Below, piece by piece: positions 63,996-64,000 of a DNA stretch of 64,000 nt (its first letter is position 1; the number at the start of each line of letters is the position of its first letter). The stretch is from Amoebidium appalachense (taxonomy: Eukaryota; Protista; Ichthyosporea), in assembly GCA_963693365.1 (NCBI GenBank), contig CAVNZM010000005.1:4781167-4845166 (forward strand), written 5' to 3'. The notes under the pieces are model-generated. The model ran no database searches, was not told where the DNA came from, and was given only the letters and a program-made list of their open reading frames with translations. A program made the position numbers and the translations under genes.

Positions 63996-64000
63996 AACAC

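Overview
This is a eukaryotic genomic window. It has spliceosomal introns filled with (CA)n/(GA)n microsatellites and long poly-C/poly-G tracts, so most ORF-track entries are low-complexity artefacts. The lineage cannot be fixed from sequence alone; a unicellular opisthokont is plausible. From left to right it contains: a glutaredoxin/SH3BGR-like exon (1.6 kb); an intronless type I membrane protein gene (5.0-6.3 kb); and a modular gene of alternating EGF-like and PAN/apple exons (12.2-34.4 kb). A 16.6-kb chromodomain Ty3/gypsy LTR element (minus strand) splits one PAN exon, and itself carries a nested 7.8-kb plus-strand chromodomain Ty3/gypsy element. Further right, two near-identical 1.56-kb Thr-rich secreted-protein genes lie head-to-head as an inverted pair (41.7-43.3 and 56.6-58.2 kb). 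They bracket a six-exon Dada-type DDE transposase with an inserted DEDDy 3'-5' exonuclease and a 5'-truncated LINE with an 11-bp TSD. The window ends with the first exons of another gene. The most notable signals are: (1) the apparently intact Dada transposase-exonuclease with no visible small-RNA target, inside a CDS-precise inverted repeat; (2) two diverged, colinear copies of an unrecognised ~180-nt structured RNA-like element with covarying stems (3.3-3.5 kb and 34.9-35.0 kb); (3) a UGA-CGG gag-pol readthrough site with a long-range stem in the nested retrotransposon; and (4) an LTR-age paradox between the outer and nested elements.
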